Source of the DNA: an uncultured Flavobacteriales bacterium
Lineage (GTDB): Bacteria; Bacteroidota; Bacteroidia; Flavobacteriales_D; Crocinitomicaceae
NCBI GenBank assembly: GCA_964503665.1
Contig: CAZDAR010000037.1
Location: 1-25,642, forward strand
Length of the DNA: 25,642 nucleotides
Reading direction: 5' to 3'
The position numbers and the translations under genes were made by a program. Shown here piece after piece: positions 1-6,959 of this stretch; the first letter of the stretch is position 1, and every line of letters begins with the position of its first letter. The notes under the pieces were generated by a model. It was not told the DNA's origin and ran no database searches. It worked only from the letters and a program-made list of their open reading frames with translations.

Positions 1-110
1 CTTGTTGCTACGTTAAGCGGGGACAAAGATACTGCCTTTTTACTTATATGCAAGTAGTTATTCAGATAAAAATCCCTTCGTTTACACATCTCTATTTAAC
101 TATCTTACAA

Positions 111-1088
111 TCAATAGGATAATGTGAGTAATTTTTTTAATATTTCTACATCATGCATTGAAATAGAATGCTTTTTGGATATTGCTTCCTCTATATTTAC
201 TTCCACAACATGATTATTTTGCATACCTACCATCAACTTACTCTTTCCATGCATAAAGCAGTCAACAGCCGCTACCCCTAATCTTACCCCTAGTATTCGG
301 TCAGCTGCAGTAGGCCTTCCACCTCTTTGAATATGCCCTAAAATAGTTGTTCTAACATCAAAACCATCCATATATGGTGCTAATCTGGTGACTAATGAAT
401 CAACACCACCTAGCTCATCGCCTTCAGCTACGACAAAAATACTACCTCGTTCTCCTTTATTCATCGCTGCTAAATCTTTGGCTAAGACCTTAAAATCCAT
501 CTTCTTTTCAGGAATCAAAACCATCTCAGCACCTGAAGCCATAGCTGCGTGTAGTGCAATAAAACCAGAATGTCGTCCCATCACCTCAACAAAGAACATA
601 CGATGATGACTATTAGCTGTATCTCTTAATTTATCGATACTCTCCACTACAGTATTAAGCGCTGTATCAAAACCGATTGTATAATCTGTTCCGAAAATAT
701 CATTATCAATAGTGGCGGGTATTCCTATAATAGGCAAGTTGAATTCGGTTGAAAAAATAGATGCTCCTTTAAAAGTTCCATCTCCTCCAATAACAATAAG
801 TCCATCAATACCTATTCCTTTAAGATTGTCAAAGGCCTCTTTTCTTCCTTCCAGTGTTTCAAAATTTTTGGACCTAGATGTACCTAGAATAGTTCCTCCA
901 GTGAAAATAATATTATTCACATCTTTATACTCAAACAGTTTATGCTTATTTTCAATTAATCCCTGAAAGCCATCGTAGAAACCAAAAGGTTGAACATTAT
1001 TAAATAAACAATATTTTACAATGGATCGAATCGCCGAATTCATTCCTGGTGCATCACCTCCTGATGTTATAAACGCAATCTTTTTCAT
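111..1088 (-). CDS. pfkA: ATP-dependent 6-phosphofructokinase
   Basis: 325 aa. The N-terminus MKKIAFITSGGDAPGMNSAIR is the classic PFK ATP-binding start. GGDGT/GGDGS and MGR motifs are present, and the length is typical. Confidence 0.95.
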   Translation of the reverse strand: MKKIAFITSGGDAPGMNSAIRSIVKYCLFNNVQPFGFYDGFQGLIENKHKLFEYKDVNNIIFTGGTILGTSRSKNFETLEGRKEAFDNLKGIGIDGLIVIGGDGTFKGASIFSTEFNLPIIGIPATIDNDIFGTDYTIGFDTALNTVVESIDKLRDTANSHHRMFFVEVMGRHSGFIALHAAMASGAEMVLIPEKKMDFKVLAKDLAAMNKGERGSIFVVAEGDELGGVDSLVTRLAPYMDGFDVRTTILGHIQRGGRPTAADRILGVRLGVAAVDCFMHGKSKLMVGMQNNHVVEVNIEEAISKKHSISMHDVEILKKLLTLSY

Positions 1089-1091
1089 GTG

Positions 1092-1940
1092 TTAAACCAT
1101 TATTTTTCTTACAACAACCTTTAGCAATAAACTAGTTGCATATCTACCTTTTAATTTATCCGTCAAAGTAATCATCGTATTCTTTATCGTGTAATCTTTT
1201 ATTTCCTTTCCTGTTTTAGCATCAATTATTGCTTGTGTTTCGTCTGGAGAAATAGTTACCTTACCTTGATAAATCAATTTACTGTCTGTCAGATAAGTAT
1301 ATAGTAGACTCCCTTTTTTTACAAAGTCACCTTTCTTGATATATACCTTATCTAAAAAGATAGGCGATTGGTTTACATAAAAATAATCAACCATTCCATC
1401 TTCTATTTCTTTAGCTTGTAAAAATAAGTTCGTGTACAGTGTTTGACTTTTAAAGAAAGTGATAAAGCCTAGAGAGAATCGTTCACTATTTATTTCGGGA
1501 AGTAAATTATCTAATCTAAAGGCTGATCTGAAAATCTCAAAATCTTTGGAATATTGATCTTTTATTACTGGGCTGCTATTTTCAAAGTCTGCCAATATCG
1601 CCTTTTTTAAGTCCCTAAGTTTTATAAAATCTTCACGATTATCGATGGACATAATCAACGTCGATGAGTCAATTTTTCGAGAAAAAAAATCAATCAATTC
1701 TGAATTAATAATCTTCCCTGATTTTTTCGCATAGACTTTATGAACTTCATTTACCAACGTCAACTCTACCAAAACTGTGTCATATATTTCTTTTGGGGCA
1801 ATCGTTTGACTTTCAAATTCTCTTACTTGTGGTAGAGACTCCTTCTGTTCCTCCTCTGTGTGTTGACATGAAACAGATATACCAACAATAGATATAATAA
1901 TGAAAATTAAGTAAATAACTATGTTAAAAAATCTATTCAT
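1092..1940 (-). CDS. hypothetical lipoprotein with a possible biotin-lipoyl/membrane-fusion-like hairpin; immediately upstream of pfkA with a 3-nt gap
   Basis: 282 aa. N-terminal hydrophobic helix followed by a lipobox-like ISVSC. VKKGSLLY and KKGDFV segments resemble the lipoyl hairpin of periplasmic adaptor proteins. No confident family assignment. Confidence 0.75.
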   Translation of the reverse strand: MNRFFNIVIYLIFIIISIVGISVSCQHTEEEQKESLPQVREFESQTIAPKEIYDTVLVELTLVNEVHKVYAKKSGKIINSELIDFFSRKIDSSTLIMSIDNREDFIKLRDLKKAILADFENSSPVIKDQYSKDFEIFRSAFRLDNLLPEINSERFSLGFITFFKSQTLYTNLFLQAKEIEDGMVDYFYVNQSPIFLDKVYIKKGDFVKKGSLLYTYLTDSKLIYQGKVTISPDETQAIIDAKTGKEIKDYTIKNTMITLTDKLKGRYATSLLLKVVVRKIMV

Positions 1941-2030
1941 CTTGTTAATAACTTGGTTGATAACCTATAAACATTGTAAATATAACAAAATCATACATAC
2001 TCTATCTTTGTATATAGTAATTGTAATTGT

Positions 2031-2567
2031 ATGTTAAGCACTATATTAAAGAAAAGACTTTCAGCAAGTCAATTTGCAAATATTTTTATAAATGTTATTT
2101 ACGAGACCACTGAAAATGGTTTTGAAGTAATAGCTGAGATGATTAACAGTGATCCTGCATTTATAGTTTCTCCAGAAATTAAAATTGAAAATTCTGAGCC
2201 TTTTCAATTTATTGTTTTAGCAGCGAATTTTAAAAATCTAGAAAAACATTTTGACACACAAGAAGCAGAAGAGATAAAGTCAAATATTCTTTCAAAACTT
2301 TCTACTATTTATAAAACGGACACTAAAAAGATTTTGGACGTCATCCATCATTACATTCAACTTATCAATCGTGTGAATCATCCTTCCAAAAATATGCTTT
2401 ATGGAATGTCTAAAGCTTTGTTCTACAAGTATGATTTAAATAATTTTCAAGACGAATACTTCAAACGTATGCAAGCACCTAATCCATTGTTCTTAAAACG
2501 AATGGATAATATTTTGGTGAACTTTTTATGGGATTGGGATTCATTCACTAAAAAATACCGCATTTAA
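2031..2567 (+). CDS. hypothetical protein (cytoplasmic, no recognisable motif)
   Basis: 178-aa ORF with no signal peptide. It sits in a gap between flanking genes and has coding-like composition. Confidence 0.65.
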   Translation: MLSTILKKRLSASQFANIFINVIYETTENGFEVIAEMINSDPAFIVSPEIKIENSEPFQFIVLAANFKNLEKHFDTQEAEEIKSNILSKLSTIYKTDTKKILDVIHHYIQLINRVNHPSKNMLYGMSKALFYKYDLNNFQDEYFKRMQAPNPLFLKRMDNILVNFLWDWDSFTKKYRI

Positions 2568-2759
2568 TTCCTCTTCTCTCAATAATTATTGAGCATCTCC
2601 TCCAATATGTCGTTTTTCTCGACACTTAATGGTGATTTCTTTAGAAAATTATTTTACGCGTCTTTAACAATTTTATAACCTTATTGATTAGGTTTAGGGC
2701 ATAAACTATTTCTATAATTTTAATTTTCAATTACGATACTTAAAACAAATCCTATTCTG

Positions 2760-3221
2760 ATGATTATTCCGCTAATAATGTTGTTTTTATCTACATCATT
2801 ATTTTCTCAGACAGAAAATAACAACGAAAAAGACTTTACCTATATAAAGCTTATAGGAACAATTAGCAATTACCCTATCGTAATGGATTTATTAAAAGAA
2901 GGAGCAGAACTATACCGCAGTTATTATTATGTAAAGAGCGGTTTACCTTTAGATTTAGATGGTAAAATCGATGATAAAGGAGTTTTCAGCATCACGGAAA
3001 GAAATGAAAAAGGTGAAACAACTGGTACTTTTAATGGACAACTATCAAAAAGAATGGTTTTTACTGGTGATTGGATAAATTATAAAACAGATAAGTCACT
3101 TCCATTTAAACTTGAAAAATCATCTGATAACTCCCTTTCTATTTCGTTCAATTATAGCATGAGTGAGAATTGTGATGCCGTAGTAGAAGATAAAGAAAGA
3201 AAGAAAGAAAGAAATAAATGA
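2760..3221 (+). CDS. hypothetical secreted protein
   Basis: 153 aa. Hydrophobic N-terminus MIIPLIMLFLSTSLFSQ looks like a signal peptide. The 3' end carries an (AAAG)5 microsatellite. Confidence 0.65.
   Translation: MIIPLIMLFLSTSLFSQTENNNEKDFTYIKLIGTISNYPIVMDLLKEGAELYRSYYYVKSGLPLDLDGKIDDKGVFSITERNEKGETTGTFNGQLSKRMVFTGDWINYKTDKSLPFKLEKSSDNSLSISFNYSMSENCDAVVEDKERKKERNK
3192..3214 (+). repeat. (AAAG)5 tetranucleotide microsatellite inside the last codons of the 2760..3221 CDS
   Basis: aaagaaagaaagaaagaaagaaa read directly. It encodes ...KERKKERNK. Confidence 0.8.
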
Positions 3222-3447
3222 TGAGGATGACATGGTGGAGGAAGAAAGATGTACTACGCTTGATTTAAAATTAATTCAAGTGAATACTCCATCACCTATT
3301 GTCACTAAAAAAATAAATTCCTCTTTTTTGTAACCGATCAATTTTGATCGACTCTATTATGTTGTATGAGATAGATACATTACTCCATTCCTAGTTAAAA
3401 CGAGTAAAATTCATCTCCATTATTAACAACATAAAAAATTACAAAAA

Positions 3448-3990
3448 ATGAAAAAGTTAAAAAGTTTCATATTGTCTGCAGGAGGAATCCTTTCACTATC
3501 CCTATTGTTTGCATCTATTTCAATTGCACAAGACGCTCCAAAATTAACAGACCCTGAAATAGCTTCTGTTGCTGTTACTGCCAATCAAATCGATATTGAC
3601 TACGCTACAATTGCGCAAAAGAAATCGACTGACAAAGAAGTAATACGTTTTGCAACAACAATGCAAAATGACCACAAAGCAGTGATTGATATGGCGGTAA
3701 ATTTAGTCACTAAATTAAACGTTACGCCAAAAACAAATGCTGTAACACAATCTTTATTGGATGGTGCTAAGAAAACAGCTGCGATGTTGAACAGCAAATC
3801 TGGAAAAGCATTTGACAAAGCATATATTGATAACGAAGTAGCATATCACGAAGCAGTTATTGCTGCTGTTGAGACCATCTTGATTCCACAAGCTCAAAAT
3901 GCAGAATTAAAAGCATTACTTGAAAAAGTTCTTCCTAGCTTAAGAGTACATTTGAAGCACGCTAAAATGGTTCAAAAAAACTTTAAATAA
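3448..3990 (+). CDS. DUF4142-family periplasmic protein (ferritin-like four-helix-bundle family)
   Basis: 180 aa. Signal peptide MKKLKSFILSAGGILSLSLLFASISIAQD. Internal MQNDHKAVIDMA and KAYIDNEVAYHEAVI motifs are typical of DUF4142. Confidence 0.85.
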   Translation: MKKLKSFILSAGGILSLSLLFASISIAQDAPKLTDPEIASVAVTANQIDIDYATIAQKKSTDKEVIRFATTMQNDHKAVIDMAVNLVTKLNVTPKTNAVTQSLLDGAKKTAAMLNSKSGKAFDKAYIDNEVAYHEAVIAAVETILIPQAQNAELKALLEKVLPSLRVHLKHAKMVQKNFK

Positions 3991-3998
3991 TTCGAATT

Positions 3999-4358
3999 AT
4001 GTGTGTAAAATATAACAAGGCGAACTTGGTTGTTCTCACATTTGTAGGATTGTTCTTAGGAAGTTGTAAGTCAAATAGTACGACAAACAATAGTGAAGCA
4101 GCTTATATTTCCAAGACAGATACTGTTTTTATTGAACAAATGGCATTTACACCAGCCGAACTTGCCGCTCACAAAGGAGATACTATCCTCTTTATAAACA
4201 AAGATATAGTCGCTCACGATGTAACAGAAAAAGGTGAAAAATGGGCGTCTCCAACATTAAATATGGATGATTCTTGGAGTAAAATTGCCGATGATAGTTT
4301 TGACTATTTTTGCAGTATTCACGTCGTAATGACTGGAAAAGTTAAAGTAGTGAAATAA
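3999..4358 (+). CDS. cupredoxin-like (amicyanin/pseudoazurin-type) blue-copper lipoprotein
   Basis: 119 aa. Lipobox LFLGSC. Candidate type-1 Cu ligands are His in IVAHDV and the C-x2-H-x2-M motif FCSIHVVM near the C-terminus. Starts 8 nt after the DUF4142 stop. Confidence 0.8.
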   Translation: MCVKYNKANLVVLTFVGLFLGSCKSNSTTNNSEAAYISKTDTVFIEQMAFTPAELAAHKGDTILFINKDIVAHDVTEKGEKWASPTLNMDDSWSKIADDSFDYFCSIHVVMTGKVKVVK

Positions 4359-4383
4359 GTCGAAATCGCATTCTCAAAAGTTC

Positions 4384-4424
4384 AAAGAGGTTGTTCAGTT
4401 TACTGAGCAACCTCTTTTATATTT
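4384..4424 (+). terminator. Rho-independent terminator after the cupredoxin gene
   Basis: AAAGAGGTTG(TTCAGT)...CAACCTCTTT inverted repeat with a 10–16 bp stem, followed by a TTTTATATTT run. Confidence 0.6.
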
Positions 4425-4481
4425 GAAAAGATTTCATACTTTTAACCTATTCGAGGAATGAGGAAATTTAAATTATAGATT

Positions 4482-4823
4482 ATGAAAAACGTAAAATTAT
4501 TAATGCTCGCTATTACAGCTATGTTGTTTTTAGGAATGGGAAATTTGAGTGCACAAGAGAGCCAATCTGAAGCAGTTATTATCCGACTAATAGAAAGTTA
4601 CGCTTTGAATGACGGAGCAATGTTTGTTACACATTCAGGAAAAACAGAAAAAATAGTAGAAATTCAAAAATTTAGAGATCTTTTAAAGAATCCTGTAGAT
4701 GAAAATGCTGTCATTTTAGAAAAAGAAATTAATCGTTGGAAAAAAGAAGGATTTCGAAATAATACAATCTCAGTAGCAAGTGGAACTACATACACTATAA
4801 CAACTGTAATCTTATCAAAATAA
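4482..4823 (+). CDS. small secreted protein, paralog 1 of a tandem pair
   Basis: 113 aa. Signal peptide MKNVKLLMLAITAMLFLGMGNLSAQE. Shares a conserved EINRWKKEGF motif with the downstream paralog. Confidence 0.75.
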   Translation: MKNVKLLMLAITAMLFLGMGNLSAQESQSEAVIIRLIESYALNDGAMFVTHSGKTEKIVEIQKFRDLLKNPVDENAVILEKEINRWKKEGFRNNTISVASGTTYTITTVILSK

Positions 4824-4908
4824 AGAACTATGAAAAACGTAAAATTATTAATGTTCGCTTTTACAGCTATGCTGTTTTTAGGAATAGGAAATGTAAGTGG
4901 GCAGGAGA
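4482..4908 (+). repeat. direct repeat of a signal-peptide-coding segment (4482-4560 vs 4830-4908) from tandem gene duplication
   Basis: The first ~75 nt of the two adjacent genes are near-identical, after which they diverge. Confidence 0.7.
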
Positions 4909-5177
4909 AAGAACCTCAAACCGTAATGATGTCAGTAATAGGTGAATTTAAAGGTTCAGAAATGTCTTTAAATTTGATAGTTATAAGTCCTGATGGAAGT
5001 GATTATGAAGTTTCCATGGAAAAACGCACTTTAAAAAATAGAAAAGAATCATTTATTGCTAATACAAAAATAATTCAATCTGAAATTAACAAGTGGAAGC
5101 AGAAAGGCTACAAAATAGATCAATTTGAAATACTTGATTCTGATGATATCAGATATATCATAATGTCAAAAGTCTGA
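4830..5177 (+). CDS. small secreted protein, paralog 2 of a tandem pair
   Basis: 115 aa. Signal peptide MKNVKLLMFAFTAMLFLGIGNVSGQE, about 90% nt identity to paralog 1 over the first ~70 nt. Carries the EINKWKQKGYK motif. Starts 6 nt after the paralog 1 stop. Confidence 0.75.
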   Translation: MKNVKLLMFAFTAMLFLGIGNVSGQEKEPQTVMMSVIGEFKGSEMSLNLIVISPDGSDYEVSMEKRTLKNRKESFIANTKIIQSEINKWKQKGYKIDQFEILDSDDIRYIIMSKV

Positions 5178-5320
5178 AGTCTGAAAAAATTAAAGAACTA
5201 AATTCGTTTATAATTTCATATTACAAACTATAGGAACACTAAAAACATCGAAATCTCTTTTCGACTTTGGCGTAAAACATAGCGTCATTTCAGTTAAAAA
5301 CCAAAAACAGTACGATTAAT

Positions 5321-6778
5321 TCAAAAACCTTGCAACGTAACCGGCTGTAAAAATCGATAAATAGCATCTTTTCCTACCGCTGTAAATCGACTATCAGAAG
5401 TAGCAGGAAAGTTCCCACCATGATGCATGGAATCAATAACTTCTACACCTGTTGGAACACCGTTTCGTATTATTCTACCTACACTTTTTGCTGCCCAATA
5501 CAACCATTCTTCCGAAAGGGTTTCCTCCGTCCAAAAACTAGCTGTCAAATGTCCACCAATTAACGCCGCTCCTTGTTTCATTTCATTGATATTAGAACAG
5601 GAGACAATCACTGAAAAAGGACCGAATACTTCTTCTTTTGCTTCTTTTGACGTTAGAAATTCTTCAAATGAAAGCACCGCAAGTGTTGGTTTAGCACTGT
5701 ATTTCGGCGCTTCTTGTGGATTCTGGATAATCGTATACTTTTCAAAAGTGGCTTTTAGTCGCATAAACGCATCATAAATAGAAGGATGAAGCATTGGAAT
5801 AGCGGTTACAGTTTCAAATTGTGATTTCATTTTAGCAATAAAAGTCTTCGCTTTTTTACCTTCAACAAAGATTAATCCTGGTTTCGTGCAAAATTGTCCC
5901 GCATCGTTTTTAATGGCAAACGTTAATTTCTCCACCATTACATCCACTCGCTCATCTAACGCATCTTTAAAAATGAAGGTCGGATTTAAACTGCCCATTT
6001 CACAAAAAACAGGAATGGGTGTAATTCGTTCTTTCGCATAGTTCAATAAAGCCACTCCTCCTCGAACACTTCCCGTAAAACCAACGGCTTTTATACGTTC
6101 ATCTTTTAGGAGTTTTTCGCCTAACCAATAATCGCCACCTTGCACCAAGGAAAAAACGCCATCGGGAAGAAACGCTCTTTTGGCCGCTTTCAAAATAATT
6201 TGTGTCACCATTTCACTTACACCTGCATGAAAAGGATTTGCTTTATAAATAACAGGATTTCCAGCCGCTAACGCAGAAGCAACATCACCACCAATCGTAG
6301 AATAGGCAAAGGGGAAATTACTCGCTCCAAATACAACCACTGGTCCAAGCGGAAAATGTTTCTTTTCAAACGAAACACCATTCACAACTTCATTGGATAC
6401 AACTTCCCAATTTTTTTTCGAAATAACATCAATATAAGTTTTGATTTGCTTTTGAGCACGTGTTAACTCAACATTTGCACGATCGGCTAAAAGTGAAGAT
6501 TCTTCGCAAAATTGATGCACTAAGGTCGTACGATGTTCTTCCAACAAATGAATGATTTCGTGTAAAAACTGTCTTCTTCGTTCAATGGAAGAAAGCGCAT
6601 AAGCTTGTGAGCAATCTGCAGATTTTTGTAAAACTTCTTCCAACTCATCTTCCGTTATCGAATGAAAAACGGCATCATTTTCCTTTTGAAAACGACAAGA
6701 AAACGTTTTAAATGTCTTCACCCCTGATTTGGAACTACTTAGTCCAATATAGTTAGCGCCTGTGATTGATAATTGCAT
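5321..6778 (-). CDS. NAD(P)-dependent aldehyde dehydrogenase (KGSADH / NADP-aldehyde dehydrogenase-like)
   Basis: 485 aa. ALDH hallmarks are present: catalytic Glu region FCEMGSLNP, catalytic Cys region GQFCTKPG, and a glycine motif FTGSVRGG. Confidence 0.92.
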   Translation of the reverse strand: MQLSITGANYIGLSSSKSGVKTFKTFSCRFQKENDAVFHSITEDELEEVLQKSADCSQAYALSSIERRRQFLHEIIHLLEEHRTTLVHQFCEESSLLADRANVELTRAQKQIKTYIDVISKKNWEVVSNEVVNGVSFEKKHFPLGPVVVFGASNFPFAYSTIGGDVASALAAGNPVIYKANPFHAGVSEMVTQIILKAAKRAFLPDGVFSLVQGGDYWLGEKLLKDERIKAVGFTGSVRGGVALLNYAKERITPIPVFCEMGSLNPTFIFKDALDERVDVMVEKLTFAIKNDAGQFCTKPGLIFVEGKKAKTFIAKMKSQFETVTAIPMLHPSIYDAFMRLKATFEKYTIIQNPQEAPKYSAKPTLAVLSFEEFLTSKEAKEEVFGPFSVIVSCSNINEMKQGAALIGGHLTASFWTEETLSEEWLYWAAKSVGRIIRNGVPTGVEVIDSMHHGGNFPATSDSRFTAVGKDAIYRFLQPVTLQGF

Positions 6779-6803
6779 GAGGGAAAGAGTTAAACGTTAT
6801 CAA

Positions 6804-6811
6804 CAAATTTA
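6804..6811 (-). promoter_or_regulatory. candidate Bacteroidetes -7 promoter element (TAAATTTG on minus strand) for the aldehyde dehydrogenase
   Basis: Matches the TAnnTTTG consensus about 25 nt upstream of the start codon. Confidence 0.3.
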
Positions 6812-6928
6812 ATAAATGGGAATGGGAAAACCTATTTCTTTATAGAGCAAAACTTCATTCGAATCTTTTTTCGACTTCATTGACGAAAAAGAAATCCTAC
6901 TTCTATGCAGTTTCATTCAGAGTTTCAT

Positions 6929-6936
6929 TAAATTTG
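6929..6936 (+). promoter_or_regulatory. candidate Bacteroidetes -7 promoter element (TAAATTTG) for alaS
   Basis: TAnnTTTG match 23 nt upstream of the alaS ATG. Confidence 0.3.
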
Positions 6937-6959
6937 CCACTCAATAAATACTTCATATA

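Noticed and set aside
1-110. Short open frame running off the left edge (...LVATLSGDKDTAFLLICK*, stop at 55-57). It might be the 3' end of an upstream + strand gene
   Set aside because: Only 18 codons are visible with no recognisable motif, so a gene cannot be supported.
388-966. ORFs 388..606 and 712..966 (+) antisense to pfkA
   Set aside because: Shadow ORFs opposite a highly conserved gene. Their Pro/Ser-rich low-complexity translations are typical of antisense frames.
5178-5320. Convergent intergenic region between paralog 2 and the aldehyde dehydrogenase, examined for a bidirectional terminator and for a tRNA
   Set aside because: Only a weak 6-bp AT-rich hairpin (TCGAAA-tctct-TTTCGA) was found. 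There is no tRNA-like TΨC or acceptor motif.
5427-5777. 116-aa ORF antisense to the aldehyde dehydrogenase gene. The same applies to the antisense ORFs inside alaS (7325-9472), the flotillin gene (17230-17454), ldh (23042-23392), nusB (21978-22304) and the ABC transporter gene (24370-24935)
   Set aside because: All are embedded antisense in strongly supported CDS and lack motifs.
6779-6959. Possible T-box or other leader RNA in the 181-nt region upstream of alaS (imperfect inverted repeat TTTTTCGAC...GACGAAAAAG)
   Set aside because: The inverted repeat is imperfect, and no specifier/T-box consensus (AATTAGGGTGGNACCGCG-like) is present. T-box control is also rare in Bacteroidetes. It more likely holds the divergent promoters (TAAATTTG boxes on both strands).
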